Shown: positions 27,929 to 38,371, numbered from the stretch's first letter. The stretch is 51,435 bases of DNA from Acidobacteriota bacterium (GCA_016190945.1 JACPPO010000146.1:1-51435), one strand, 5' to 3'. The notes: generated by a model from the letters alone, not told the origin. Translations and numbers: made by a program.

Positions 27929-29172
27929 GCGGGCCCGGGGTCCCCGCCGCGCACGCCTGCGCGGTGGGGTGGGGGTGTGCCGCGCGCCGCGAAGCGCCGG
28001 CGCACCTGCTCGGCCGTGGCCTCGTAGTGACGCTCGATCTCCTCAATGGAATCGCCGCCGAACTTTTCGAGAAACGCATCCGCCAGGACGAACGCCACCA
28101 TGGCTTCGCCCACCACGGCCGCGGCAGGCACCGCGCAGACATCGCTGCGCTCGATCGCCGCGGGCGCCTCGCTCATCGTGGTCAGATCGATGGAGCGCAG
28201 CGGTTTCATCAACGTGGAAATCGGTTTCATGAACCCGACCACGCGCACGTCTTCGCCGTTAGTCACGCCACCCTCGAGCCCGCCGGCGTTGTTGGTCGGC
28301 CGCACCGGAACGCCGGCGTCCGTTCCAGGAAGAATTTCGTCATGAACCCGCGAACCGGGCCGCATGGCCGCTTCCGGTCCGATCCCGATGCCCACGGCCT
28401 TGATGGCGTGAATGCACATCAGCGCCTGGCCGAGACGGCCGTCGAGCTTGCGATCCCACTGCACATAGGACCCGAGGCCCGGAGGAATGCCGGTGGCGAT
28501 GACTTCGAAGGCCCCGCCAAGGGTGTCGCCTGCATCGCGCGCCTTGTCGATCGCCGCGACCATGCGCTGCTGGACGTCGTCGTCGGCGCACCGCAGCGGG
28601 GCGTCCTCGGGAATGGCCTGCGCCTGGGCGAAGGAGACCGTGCGATTCTCGCGCAGCATCACGTCGCCGACGACCGAGACGTGGCTGGCGATGCGGACGC
28701 CGAAGCGCGCGAGCAACTGCCGCGCGAGGCTGCCAGCCGCGACGCGCCCCGCCGTTTCGCGCGCACTGGCACGCTCGAGGACGTCGCGGATGTCGTCGTG
28801 TCCGTACTTAATCGCGCCGGCGAGATCCGCGTGCCCGGGGCGAGGGCGGGTGACCTCCGCTCGCCGGACCCCGCTCGCGTCTTCCGGCGCCTCGGCCTCG
28901 ACGTACATCGTCTGCTGCCAGTTGATCCAGTCGCGGTTGCGAATCAGGAGGGCGATTGGCGCACCCGTCGTCCGCCCGCGCCGAACGCCGGTGAGGATCT
29001 CCGCGCGGTCGGTCTCGATGGTCATCCGGCGCCCGCGGCCGTACCCGCCTTGACGCCGCCGGAGCTGTTCGTTGAGCGCGTCGATGTCGATCTGAAGGCC
29101 CGCGGGCATGCCGTCCACCGTGACGACGAGCGCCTGGCCGTGCGATTCGCCGGCGGTGAGGAACCTCAGCAT
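27925..29172 (-). CDS. aroC: Chorismate synthase
   Basis: TAGESHG, PRPGHAD, ERASARET, MKPISTL, ERSDV. Confidence 0.97.
   Translation of the reverse strand: MLRFLTAGESHGQALVVTVDGMPAGLQIDIDALNEQLRRRQGGYGRGRRMTIETDRAEILTGVRRGRTTGAPIALLIRNRDWINWQQTMYVEAEAPEDASGVRRAEVTRPRPGHADLAGAIKYGHDDIRDVLERASARETAGRVAAGSLARQLLARFGVRIASHVSVVGDVMLRENRTVSFAQAQAIPEDAPLRCADDDVQQRMVAAIDKARDAGDTLGGAFEVIATGIPPGLGSYVQWDRKLDGRLGQALMCIHAIKAVGIGIGPEAAMRPGSRVHDEILPGTDAGVPVRPTNNAGGLEGGVTNGEDVRVVGFMKPISTLMKPLRSIDLTTMSEAPAAIERSDVCAVPAAAVVGEAMVAFVLADAFLEKFGGDSIEEIERHYEATAEQVRRRFAARGTPPPHRAGVRGGDPGPA
27935..27977. repeat. Palindromic element encoding the AroC C-terminal tail
   Basis: CCCCGCCGCGCA-cgcc-TGCGCGGTGGGG; same family as 21241-21316 and the degenerate copy at 29613-29639. 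Confidence 0.85.
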
Positions 29173-29211
29173 ACCGCGTCCATTTTACTCTTCATGATGA
29201 GAGAGGCCTGA

Positions 29212-29292
29212 CCGCCTCTGCCGAGGTCGGTTCGCTTTGCGACCCGTCGAGCCAGTGCTAGCTGGACGGTCCGTTTTCGCGGATCGTCCCGG
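29212..29292. repeat. About 81-bp double-hairpin element, copy 1 (upstream of aroC)
   Basis: Hand alignment to the reverse complement of 47967-48047 gives 67/81 ungapped identity. Confidence 0.88.
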
Positions 29293-29386
29293 CGGTCCGC
29301 CGAAGCTTCACGCGAAAGCGGAAGGCGTCCGGCTACCGGTGGCGGCGGACTCCGGTAGCGGGCGCGGTGATACGCTCTGCTGCACT

Positions 29387-29553
29387 ATGCGGACAGCAAC
29401 CATGGCGTTGCTCGCGGTGACGTGTGCGGCGTGCGGCCGGTCGGAGCCGGGAGGGTGTCTGGTTTTCTTCATCTGACCCTGCAGATCGGCGACGATCTTC
29501 ATCGGACGATGGAAGGACTCGGCTCGACGATCACCGTGAACGTCACCGAGTAA
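29387..29553 (+). pseudogene. Possible lipoprotein gene remnant
   Basis: MRTATMALLAVTCAAC lipobox-like start, then out-of-frame tail QIGDDLHRTMEGLGSTITVNVTE-stop. Confidence 0.3.
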
Positions 29554-29773
29554 TCCAAACCACTCTTGATTCGGTCGCCGACCGCAGGGCGGGCCGTTAT
29601 GCGGGATCCAGGCCGCGCACGCGCGCGCGGTGGGGTGCCGCGGCCCGCCTGGCGTGATGAAAAATCTTATCGGTTGTTATGGCCCCGGCGCGCAAGAACT
29701 GCACGCTCCAGCACCGAGTGCCGCGTTTTCGCGCCTATTTTGACCTGCGCGCAGGCTTGCATCCCGCTCGTGC

Positions 29774-32644
29774 GTGCCGCGACTGATTCAGGACCGCTAC
29801 TTCGCGTACGACGAGCTCCGCGGCTGCGACCTCACGACCGGTCATGACGTCCGTCTCGACGACCTGCCGGCCGATCCCCCGGATGGTGGATCCGTTCCGC
29901 TTCATGATTCCCTTGCACTGGCGCCGCTCGTCGAAGTGCTAAACGACGGTCAGGATGGCGACCCGCGGTGGGTCGTCGCCGACGCGCGAAATGGGGCGCA
30001 AGCGGCCGCGATGGTTCGCCGGGCCGCGGCGGACGCGCGCCGACGGGGCTTCGTCCCGCTACGCGTACCGCTCTATCTGCGGTGGCGGGATGCCTTGGCG
30101 CAGGATCTGGAGGAGCGCACGTTGCTGCTCATCGGCAGCTTTGCCAGGAGCATGGCGACCTCTCGCGCCGCCCTCGTCCAGGCTGCGTCGTTCTCGCCGC
30201 GGCCGCACGTGCTGCTGACGTTCCGGTCCGCATCCACGGCAGAGACCGCGTGCGTCGTCCGCGAGGCGCGCGCCGCGTATGGCGTATTGCCGGCTTCAGG
30301 CCGCGCCAACCCCGCGCCGATGGCGGCCGACGTTGTCCGCCATATCGAACGGGCTGCGCGTGCCACGGAGTTCCATCGGGCCGGACGTCATGCCGCAGCG
30401 GAGCGGCTGCTTCGCGACGTCGCCGGAAGCTTGGTCAGGCGCGCCGCGTTTGCGCCGGCAGCCACCACGCTCGTGACGCTTGGACGGATCCTGCTCGAAC
30501 GCGGACGCGCGACGGCTGCGGAGAAGGCCTTTGACGAGGCTGCGCACTGTGCTCAATCGGCCTCCGACGAACCGGCCATGCTCGATGCCCGCCTTTGGCA
30601 GGCGGCAGCCCGGACCGACGCGGGTCGCCTGACGGACGCCGAATCGGTCTGCCGAGCCGTGCTGCTTACGCGTGCGCTGTCACCGGTGCGGCAGGCGTGG
30701 GCCCACGCCATTCTGATTCGAATCCTGTTGTGGCAGGGACGGAGCGAGGAAGCAGCAGCCTCTCCTCTGCCCCCGCCGCAAGGCGCGGGCTTCGACCTCG
30801 ACCCGGTCGTCGCGGCATCGATCGATGCGACCGCGGTCCGGGTGCTGCTGGCGGCAGGCGATGTCTTCCAGGCCGGCCAACGGGCCCGCGCACTCGTCAC
30901 TTGGTCGGAGAAGGCCGCGGACCCGCTGCCACGGGTTGCCGCGTTGACGGCGCACTTGCGGGTGCTGGCCGCTGCTGGCGACCTCGATCTCACGGAGCAG
31001 AGGCTGCGGGAGATCGTCGATCTCTCGAGACAGGCGCGAGCGCCGCTCCGTGCCGTGCGCGCCAAAGTGATCTGGTACGACGCATTGCGCCGCGCCAGAC
31101 GCGGGCGCGCGGCGCAACGCGAACTCCATCAGTTGGCCCGCATGGGCCGCGTCGGACCGGCGCTCTTGCGCCGGGCGGTCGAGCAGCGCGTGGCGGACCA
31201 CGTCGGGGAGGCGCCACAATCCGCGGTCGCGCCCGCGTGCGCACCGCCCATGCGGGCACTGTCGATGGCGGTCCCGTTTCTGCGCCTGGCGCACGAAGAG
31301 GAAAGCGATCGCCGCGCAGTCCAGTGTCTGCTCGATGGCGTCGCGCGTGAGCTGCATCCGACCCGGGTGGACCTTGTGTCCTGCGATGCGGGGCCGGCAA
31401 GCACGTTGATGACCACGGGCGGGGGGCTCGCGACGCGTCTGGGTCCCCGGGTGCTGGAAGCAGGCATCGTCATCCCTGAGGAGGTCGACGACGGTGGCCG
31501 TGAAATCGGCATACCGATCCGGCTTGCCACGCGTCTCCTCGCCGCGCTGGTGTGCCGATGGCCCCTCGATCGTCAACCGCCGCCGCATGCTATCGACGTG
31601 CTGGATCTTGCCGCCGCGATTGCTGCGCCGCGGGTGGATGCACTACTGGCCGGACTTCGTGAGATGTCGCTCGCCTCAACGTCGGTTCCCGAGCTCATTG
31701 GAACCAGCGCCGCGATGGCGGAGGTCCGTCGCGCGATCGAGCGCGCGGCGAGAGCGCCGTTTGCCGTCCTTATCGAGGGGGAGAGCGGTGTCGGCAAGGA
31801 GCTCGCCGCGCGGGCCCTGCATCAGCTGAGCGCACGACGCGAGCGCCGGTTCTGCGACGTGAACTGCGCGGCCCTTCCGGACGACCTGCTCGAGTCCGAG
31901 CTGTTTGGCCACGTCCGGGGTGCATTTACCGGCGCCGTGGCTGACAAGGCGGGGCTCTTCGAAGACGCCGACGGCGGCACCCTCTTTCTCGATGAAGTAC
32001 CGGATCTGTCGCCTCGAGGGCAGGCGAAGCTGCTGCGCGTGCTGCAGCAGCAGGAAGTGCGGCGCGTCGGCGAGACATTCAGCAGGAAGGTGGACGTGCG
32101 GCTGGTGACGGCGGCGAACCGCGACATGCGCATCGAGACCGCCGAGGAACGCTTCCGGCCGGACCTCCTGTACCGACTCGACGTGATCCGCATCCGAATT
32201 CCGCCGTTGCGCGAGCGCCCCGAGGACATTGCCGTCCTGGCGCAGCACTGCTGGCGAGCGTCGGCGGCGCGCGTGGAGTCCGCGGCGACGCTCACGCACG
32301 CCCTCCTCGCGGAACTGGCGCGCTATCACTGGCCGGGCAACGTGCGCGAGCTGCAGAACGTCATGGCAGCGCTTGCGGTCGCGGCGCCCGCGCGTGGCCG
32401 GGTGCGCCCCTCACTGCTGCCCGCGGCCATCACGGGCTCCGCCAGCATCTCCTCGCGGCGGCTGGCCGACGCACGCGCGCAGTTCGAGCGGCGGTGCGTC
32501 GAGGTGGCACTTGCGCGCGCGAGCGGCAGCCGCACCCGTGCCGCCGCGGAACTGGGGCTGTCGAGGCAGGGATTGCTGAAGGCCATGACGCGGCTTGGCC
32601 TCGATCCGCGTCCTTGCAATGGCGCTGGCGAGCGGGAACAATGA
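29774..32644 (+). CDS. Large sigma54-dependent enhancer-binding protein (TPR-like region, GAF-like, AAA+, Fis HTH)
   Basis: GESGVGKE, ESELFGHVRGAFTGA, GTLFLDE, RFRPDLLYRL, WPGNVREL, RTRAAAELGLSR. Confidence 0.92.
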   Translation: MPRLIQDRYFAYDELRGCDLTTGHDVRLDDLPADPPDGGSVPLHDSLALAPLVEVLNDGQDGDPRWVVADARNGAQAAAMVRRAAADARRRGFVPLRVPLYLRWRDALAQDLEERTLLLIGSFARSMATSRAALVQAASFSPRPHVLLTFRSASTAETACVVREARAAYGVLPASGRANPAPMAADVVRHIERAARATEFHRAGRHAAAERLLRDVAGSLVRRAAFAPAATTLVTLGRILLERGRATAAEKAFDEAAHCAQSASDEPAMLDARLWQAAARTDAGRLTDAESVCRAVLLTRALSPVRQAWAHAILIRILLWQGRSEEAAASPLPPPQGAGFDLDPVVAASIDATAVRVLLAAGDVFQAGQRARALVTWSEKAADPLPRVAALTAHLRVLAAAGDLDLTEQRLREIVDLSRQARAPLRAVRAKVIWYDALRRARRGRAAQRELHQLARMGRVGPALLRRAVEQRVADHVGEAPQSAVAPACAPPMRALSMAVPFLRLAHEEESDRRAVQCLLDGVARELHPTRVDLVSCDAGPASTLMTTGGGLATRLGPRVLEAGIVIPEEVDDGGREIGIPIRLATRLLAALVCRWPLDRQPPPHAIDVLDLAAAIAAPRVDALLAGLREMSLASTSVPELIGTSAAMAEVRRAIERAARAPFAVLIEGESGVGKELAARALHQLSARRERRFCDVNCAALPDDLLESELFGHVRGAFTGAVADKAGLFEDADGGTLFLDEVPDLSPRGQAKLLRVLQQQEVRRVGETFSRKVDVRLVTAANRDMRIETAEERFRPDLLYRLDVIRIRIPPLRERPEDIAVLAQHCWRASAARVESAATLTHALLAELARYHWPGNVRELQNVMAALAVAAPARGRVRPSLLPAAITGSASISSRRLADARAQFERRCVEVALARASGSRTRAAAELGLSRQGLLKAMTRLGLDPRPCNGAGEREQ

Positions 32645-32654
32645 CGGTAGCCGC

Positions 32655-32872
32655 ATGGACTTGGCCCCGACCTTCGTGATGCCATCCCTGATTCCGATCG
32701 GGATCGGGTTCGTTCTGTTCAGATATGGGTGGAACGCGCGGCGGGGGCCGCAACGTGTGGCGGTCTGGTGTTGGTGGCGTATCCGTACTTCACCGGCAGC
32801 ACCATAGCAATGACAAGCGTCGGCGTCCTCCTCGGCGGCGTGCCGTATCTGATGATTTGGGTCGGATGGTGA
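32655..32872 (+). pseudogene. Small membrane protein with 1-nt frameshift
   Basis: MDLAPTFVMPSLIPIGIGFVLFRYG..PQRVA continues as GLVLVAYPYFTGSTIAM..VGW-stop in another frame; 218 nt, one short of a multiple of 3. Confidence 0.6.
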
Positions 32873-32932
32873 CCAACGAGTCGACGCCCGGATGGGATCG
32901 CTTCCACGCGTTCGCACTCGACAACTGAGCCT

Positions 32933-33853
32933 GTGCTGCGGTTTCTGGCGCGTCGCCTTGCATTGACCATCCCGGTGTTGCTCGGGGTGGCGACGCTTGT
33001 CTTCGCGCTTATCCATCTGATTCCAGGCGACCCGGCGCAGGCGATGCTTGGCGAGACAGCCGCCGAGGAGGATGTCGCGGCGTTGCGGGCGCGCCTTGGC
33101 CTGGACCGGCCGCTCATCGAGCAATACGGCGGCTTCCTCAGGCGCGCGGCCCGCGGTGATCTCGGCACCTCGCTGCGCACGAGCGAGCCCGTCACGCAGG
33201 CCATCGTCGATCGGCTGCCCGCGACGCTCGAACTGGCGGCGGCGGCCATGCTGGTCGCGATTGGCGCTTCGGTCCCGCTCGGCATCGTTGCCGCCGTGCG
33301 GCGGGGGACGATCGTCGACCACGCCGCGACCACCCTCGCGTTAACCGGAATCTCGATTCCAAACTTCTGGCTGGGACCGCTCTTGGCCATCGTCTTCGCG
33401 GTTGAACTGGGCTGGCTGCCGGTGTCCGGCCGCGGCACGCTCGCGCACCTGGTGCTCCCGGCGATCTCGTTAGGCGCGGCGTTGGCGGCGATCCTTGCGC
33501 GGATGACGCGCGCGTCACTCCTCGAGGAGCTGCGTGAGCCCTACGTGCAGGCGGCACGGGCGCGCGGCGCGTCACGCGCCAGGGCCGTGCTGCGCCATGC
33601 GTTCCGCAACAGCCTGATCCCTGTCGTCACCCTCGTCGGCTTGCAGTTCGGCGCCGTACTGACCGGCGCGGTCATCACCGAGACGATCTTCGCGTGGCCC
33701 GGCATCGGCCGGCTCCTCATCCAGTCGATCGGCTTTCGCGACTATCCCATGGTCCAGGGATGCATTTTGTTCATTGCCGTGACGTACGTCGGGATGAACC
33801 TGCTGACGGATCTTGTCTACGGCGTGTTGGATCCTCGCATTCGTTATGACTGA
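32933..33853 (+). CDS. Peptide/nickel ABC transporter permease (DppB/OppB-like)
   Basis: PGDPA, GLDRPL, GDLGTS, ARARG, HAFRN, ETIFAWPGIG, LDPRIR. Confidence 0.93.
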   Translation: MLRFLARRLALTIPVLLGVATLVFALIHLIPGDPAQAMLGETAAEEDVAALRARLGLDRPLIEQYGGFLRRAARGDLGTSLRTSEPVTQAIVDRLPATLELAAAAMLVAIGASVPLGIVAAVRRGTIVDHAATTLALTGISIPNFWLGPLLAIVFAVELGWLPVSGRGTLAHLVLPAISLGAALAAILARMTRASLLEELREPYVQAARARGASRARAVLRHAFRNSLIPVVTLVGLQFGAVLTGAVITETIFAWPGIGRLLIQSIGFRDYPMVQGCILFIAVTYVGMNLLTDLVYGVLDPRIRYD

Positions 33854-33880
33854 CGCACCCTCGCGCCTCCGACCGCTGCC

Positions 33881-34681
33881 ATGGCCAGAGTAGGTGCGGC
33901 CGTGGTGTTCGTCGCCGTCCTGGCGGCCATCCTGGGCCCATGGCTGGCGCCGTTTGAGCCATCGACGCAGGAGCTGGCGCTGCGGCTGGAAGGACCGAAC
34001 GGTGCGCATTGGTTCGGTCTCGATGAGCTGGGACGCGACGTTTTCGCACGCGTGCTATTGGGTGCGCGCATCTCGCTGCTCGTCAGCTTCGTCGTCGTCG
34101 GCGTGTCGGCGACCATCGGGATTGCCATGGGCTCGGTGGCGGGGTATTTCGGCGGCCGCATCGATGAGGCGATCAGCCGGCTGATCGACATCCTACTGGC
34201 GTTTCCGGGATTACTGCTCGCAATCGCGCTGGTTGCCGTCCTGGGCCCGAGCCTCACGAATGTGGTGCTGGCGCTGTCGCTCATTGGGTGGGTGGGCTAC
34301 GCGCGTCTCGTCCGCGGCCAGGTGCTACGGGCCCGCGAGCTGGAGTTCGTGCAGGCCGCGAGGGCGCTCGGCGCCACGACCTCGCGGATCCTGAGGCGCC
34401 ACATTATCCCCACCACCTTGCCGGCCGTGACCGTACAGGCAACGCTTGGCATGGGGGGGGCGATCCTGGCGGAGGCGGCGCTCAGTTTCCTGGGCTTGGG
34501 CGTGCAGCCGCCAACGCCGAGCTGGGGCACGATGCTCAATTACGGGCGCGGGCATCTGCTCGATGCGCCGCACCTGACCATCTTCCCTGGTCTCGCCATC
34601 GCGATTCTCGTGCTCGGATTCAATTTTCTCGGGGACGGCTTGCGCGATGCGCTGGATCCGGCTACGCGGAGTCGGACTTAG
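33881..34681 (+). CDS. Peptide/nickel ABC transporter permease (DppC/OppC-like)
   Basis: HWFGLDELGRD, AARALGA, LSFLGLG..PSWG, GDGLRDALDP; start uncertain. Confidence 0.92.
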   Translation: MARVGAAVVFVAVLAAILGPWLAPFEPSTQELALRLEGPNGAHWFGLDELGRDVFARVLLGARISLLVSFVVVGVSATIGIAMGSVAGYFGGRIDEAISRLIDILLAFPGLLLAIALVAVLGPSLTNVVLALSLIGWVGYARLVRGQVLRARELEFVQAARALGATTSRILRRHIIPTTLPAVTVQATLGMGGAILAEAALSFLGLGVQPPTPSWGTMLNYGRGHLLDAPHLTIFPGLAIAILVLGFNFLGDGLRDALDPATRSRT

Positions 34682-34690
34682 CACTCAACG

Positions 34691-34757
34691 TTCGACGGTG
34701 CGAGGGTGCGACAGTCGGTACGACTATGCACTCTCGGCACCATCGCACCCTCGCACT
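34691..34757. repeat. Inverted array of GGTGCGA / TCGCACC 8-mer units
   Basis: cggtgcgagggtgcga...catcgcaccctcgcactg between convergent genes. Confidence 0.8.
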
Positions 34758-34761
34758 GAGG

Positions 34762-35955
34762 TTATGAGGTCGGTAATCGCCGCTCGAGCCGCGCCAGGCG
34801 AGTGAGGGTCGCCGGGTCGACGTCGCTTTCGCCGGCAAGGGCAACGTAGCGGAGTAATGCGTCCCGGGCGACAGGGACATGTCCAAGCCGTTCTGCGGCA
34901 TCCGCCAGGTACCGAAACACGATCGGGTCCACCGGCGGTTTTCCAGCGGCCTCGAGCAGGGTCCGCTCGGCCGCGCGCGCATCGCCCGCCAGCAGCATCG
35001 CCCGGCCGTACAAGGTTAGCGTCTCGCTTGAGGCGGTCGCGGCGGCAGCCGTGGGCTGCAGCGCTTCGATCGCCTTGCTCAATGCGACGCGGTCGTTCCG
35101 GAGTTCCGCGGCCTCGAGCCATACCCGACCGAGGGCCGTGTAGACCGCCGGCGTGTCGGGGTAGCGCTCCGCCGCGCGGCCGAGGGTGAGAATGGCCGCG
35201 TCGGTTCGTCCCCAGCGGGCGTAGGCAAGCCCCACGCTCACGAGCCGTTCGGCACGTGAGGGTTCGAGTGCCGCGAGCGCCTCCAGTTGCGCCAATGCGT
35301 CCTGTCGACGACCCGCTCGATCGAAGAGATCGATCAACCCCTCCCGCGCGGCGGCAAACGCCGGGCTGATCTCCACCGCGCGCGTCAACGCCCGCAACGC
35401 CTTCTCGTCCTGTCCGCGTTCGCGAAGACACATGCCAAGCAGGTAGTGCGCTTCCGTGAAGCGCTCGTCGAGCGCGACGGCTTCGCCGAGGGGCTCGATG
35501 GCTTTCTCCACCTGCCCGGTCCTGTAGTAGGCAAGCGCGAGCTTGTACAGGACGCGCGGCGACCGATCGTCCAGCACGGTGAACGCCTGATAGTGCTCCG
35601 ATGCGCGCTCGTACCGCCCCATCGCGGCATTCACGTCGCCAAGCAGCTCGATCGGATGCGGCGCCGAAGGGTCGAGTGCCGCGGCTTCCCGCAGGTCCCG
35701 AAGCGCCGCAGTGAGTTCGCCGCGCCGCCGGTAGGTGTCGCCGCGCTTCAGGTGGGCCAGCATCGAGTCGCGCTTCAGGGCCAGGGCGCCGCTGAAGGCC
35801 TCGATCGCCCCGTAGGTCTGGTCCTGCGCCAGCGCGGCGTTGCCCGCTGCGATCAGGCGCTGAAATTCGCGCTCCTGGCGGACGGCATGCCACGCCAGGA
35901 CGACCCCGACCATCAGAGCGGCAAGACCCACGGATACGACCAGCAGGCGCTTCAT
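34762..35955 (-). CDS. Membrane-anchored tetratricopeptide repeat protein
   Basis: N-terminal TM helix and repeated 34-aa LG..A..A...LDP pattern. Confidence 0.88.
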   Translation of the reverse strand: MKRLLVVSVGLAALMVGVVLAWHAVRQEREFQRLIAAGNAALAQDQTYGAIEAFSGALALKRDSMLAHLKRGDTYRRRGELTAALRDLREAAALDPSAPHPIELLGDVNAAMGRYERASEHYQAFTVLDDRSPRVLYKLALAYYRTGQVEKAIEPLGEAVALDERFTEAHYLLGMCLRERGQDEKALRALTRAVEISPAFAAAREGLIDLFDRAGRRQDALAQLEALAALEPSRAERLVSVGLAYARWGRTDAAILTLGRAAERYPDTPAVYTALGRVWLEAAELRNDRVALSKAIEALQPTAAAATASSETLTLYGRAMLLAGDARAAERTLLEAAGKPPVDPIVFRYLADAAERLGHVPVARDALLRYVALAGESDVDPATLTRLARLERRLPTS

Positions 35956-36112
35956 GGCAGCGGCTCATCGTAGCAGAGGTACGGGACCTTCGTCGCCAGG
36001 GCGGCGATGAAGTCGCGCGTGCCGAGACTCGTGGTCGTGCACCCGCGCGAGCTCTACGGCCTGAACCTTACCGATTCCGGCGGTCCGGCGGCGGAGGATG
36101 TCGTGAAGCTGC

Positions 36113-38371
36113 TTAATGGCGCCCGGACGCGGCCGGTGCTTCGCCCCGCGCGCTCGTAACGTTGTTCAGCGAGTCGGTGGCGCGGATGATCACGTCGCGG
36201 GCCGCCGTATCACCTTCCAATGTCAGTTCGAACTGTTCGGCGCGCGAATCGGCAATGCCGTCCTTGGGATAGATCGTCTGCCAGCGGTCGCCATCCAGTG
36301 AATACTCAGCCTTCTGCACTGCTGAATCGGCGTCCCGTACCTCGAAGGCGATCACCGTGCGGGTGCCCTCGCGGTGGACGGCCGTAACCGTCACCACCGG
36401 CGGCATGTTGTCGATCTCGAACGTAGTGCTTTCCATCGACGCGGTCAGCGCAGCATCAGGCGGATTCGACGGCAGGTCGGAAGCCACAACCTGGACGACA
36501 TAACGGCCGTTGGGTACTGAGGTCGTGTCCCACACGAGAATCGGGTCGGTGAGCTCGCGTTTGAGCGGTTTCCATGCGGTTTCTCCCTCGCGTCGGTACA
36601 GCACGTCGTAATGCAGCTCGTCCCGGTTCTCGTCCTCCGCGCGCCACACGAAGGTCAGCAGCCCCTTCTGGTAGGCGCGGCGTCCCAGCGCGGGTGCGCT
36701 GGTAGCCGCGCCCCCCCCGCCCTGGTTCTGCGCCGCCGCGCGCCGATCCGGCGTGTCCCCCTCGAACCCCGCGATCTCGGGATCGCCCGTTGGAAACGGA
36801 CGCTGAAAAATAGTGCCCGGTGGGTGGATGGTGATCGCCGTCACGCGGGGACGCGTGTTGCGCGGTAGATACGCCGCGGTCACCGAGGTCAACATCGGCG
36901 CCTGGTTGCGGCCGGCTGCCAGCACCGCGCGCCATTGAAGGTATCGCGCGCGGGGACTCACGATCGGGCTGCCGGTTTCGTCGGTGTAGGCCTTGCTCCA
37001 GTCGCTCCACGTTTCGTCGGGGGTCCGCGTGTTGCCGGAACGCGTGGCGATCTCGAGCTTCGTGCCCGCGGGGACCAGGCCCTGCCATTTGATGGCACCC
37101 CAGGTGGCGACGGCCTGTGCGTCGCGGACATCCGACGTATAGGTACCGCGATCGGCGCGCTCAGCCGACAGCTGCAGCAGCTTGCCGGGATTTGACGTTG
37201 CGAACAGCATCCGACCCGCCCGGTCCGGAAGCAGCGTGGTTACTTGCTGCGCCAGCGCGCGTGCCACCAGCGTCGGCTGCATCGGCTCGTCCGCGAGGCG
37301 ATAGATCTTCCCCTCGTTCCCGGTGGCGACAAGCACGGTTCCGTCGCTGTCGAACGCCATGTCGTAGGGGACGTCTTCGCGCAACTGCCAGACGAGGTCC
37401 CACGCGCCATCCCGCATGATGCGGTAGACCGCGCCGGCACCGGGACCCTGGTTGTCGCGCGGCGCCGCTTGCGGTGCAGGTCTCGCCGCCGTGGTGGCCG
37501 AGTCGGCGGCAATCGTGATCGACGTAACCTCGGTGGAAACCGAGGCGACCGGCTGCGGTTGCGCGGGCTCCGGCGTCTGGATGGGCGGCCGAGCCTGCGT
37601 GGGAGCGGCGCGTTCGCTCACCGCCGCGGCGTAGATGTCGCCGTTGGTGTCGACGCGAAGCGTACGAATCTCGTTGTACGGAGAATCGAGGAGAACGAAC
37701 GGCTTGCCGGACGCGTCGATCTGAAACACCCGCCCGGGTGACTCGGTTCCCGCCAGGAGCCGGCCTTCACGATCGAAGGCGAGCGACATCACATGGGCCG
37801 CCTTGGTCTGGTAGAAGGGCGCGCCCCGGCCGTCCGAGCCGATCTTGTAAATGGTGCCCTTGTCGCCCGTGCCGGCGAACACGTTGCCCGCGGGATCGAC
37901 CGCCAGGCTCCATACGTACCGATCCGGCGGATCAAAGAACATCGTGCCAGATCCGAGCGCATCCACTCTGTAGATCTTGCCGTCAGGCGACGTCGCGGCG
38001 TAGATGCCGCCGGCGGGCGCCAGCGCAATGGCATGTACCTCGAGTTCCTCGGCGTCGAAGAACACGGTGCCGTTGCCGCTGGCGTCAACGCGGTACACCT
38101 GTCCCTCGTTTCCGCTGCCGATGAATACGGAGCCGTCCGGCGCGCTCACCAGCGTCCATAGGAAGGGGGCACTTGATTCGTAGACGGTTGTCGTGGCGGG
38201 CCCGAGCGCCAGGCGGCCGTACGCATCAATCGACAGGTTCTCGACCTCGCCCTGGAGGAACTCGGCTTCCGTTGAGACCTGCCAGAACGTGGGCACCGCA
38301 GCGTACACTCCGGCCGCCGCCGCGCATAGGAACAACGCCGCAAGAAGACTTCGCTTCGATGGATGAGTCAT
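36113..38371 (-). CDS. Exported beta-propeller protein with C-terminal Ig/FN3-like domains
   Basis: Signal peptide; repeats W.L....DG.VF.G.G..G.VYRV; WDTTSVPNGRY; YSLDG..W. Confidence 0.85.
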   Translation of the reverse strand: MTHPSKRSLLAALFLCAAAAGVYAAVPTFWQVSTEAEFLQGEVENLSIDAYGRLALGPATTTVYESSAPFLWTLVSAPDGSVFIGSGNEGQVYRVDASGNGTVFFDAEELEVHAIALAPAGGIYAATSPDGKIYRVDALGSGTMFFDPPDRYVWSLAVDPAGNVFAGTGDKGTIYKIGSDGRGAPFYQTKAAHVMSLAFDREGRLLAGTESPGRVFQIDASGKPFVLLDSPYNEIRTLRVDTNGDIYAAAVSERAAPTQARPPIQTPEPAQPQPVASVSTEVTSITIAADSATTAARPAPQAAPRDNQGPGAGAVYRIMRDGAWDLVWQLREDVPYDMAFDSDGTVLVATGNEGKIYRLADEPMQPTLVARALAQQVTTLLPDRAGRMLFATSNPGKLLQLSAERADRGTYTSDVRDAQAVATWGAIKWQGLVPAGTKLEIATRSGNTRTPDETWSDWSKAYTDETGSPIVSPRARYLQWRAVLAAGRNQAPMLTSVTAAYLPRNTRPRVTAITIHPPGTIFQRPFPTGDPEIAGFEGDTPDRRAAAQNQGGGGAATSAPALGRRAYQKGLLTFVWRAEDENRDELHYDVLYRREGETAWKPLKRELTDPILVWDTTSVPNGRYVVQVVASDLPSNPPDAALTASMESTTFEIDNMPPVVTVTAVHREGTRTVIAFEVRDADSAVQKAEYSLDGDRWQTIYPKDGIADSRAEQFELTLEGDTAARDVIIRATDSLNNVTSARGEAPAASGRH

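Noticed and set aside
29746-29760. sigma54-like TG..TTGC upstream of the activator
   Set aside because: Invariant GG at -24 missing.
35956-36112. Coding-like gap between TPR and propeller genes
   Set aside because: Open frames on both strands, none identifiable.
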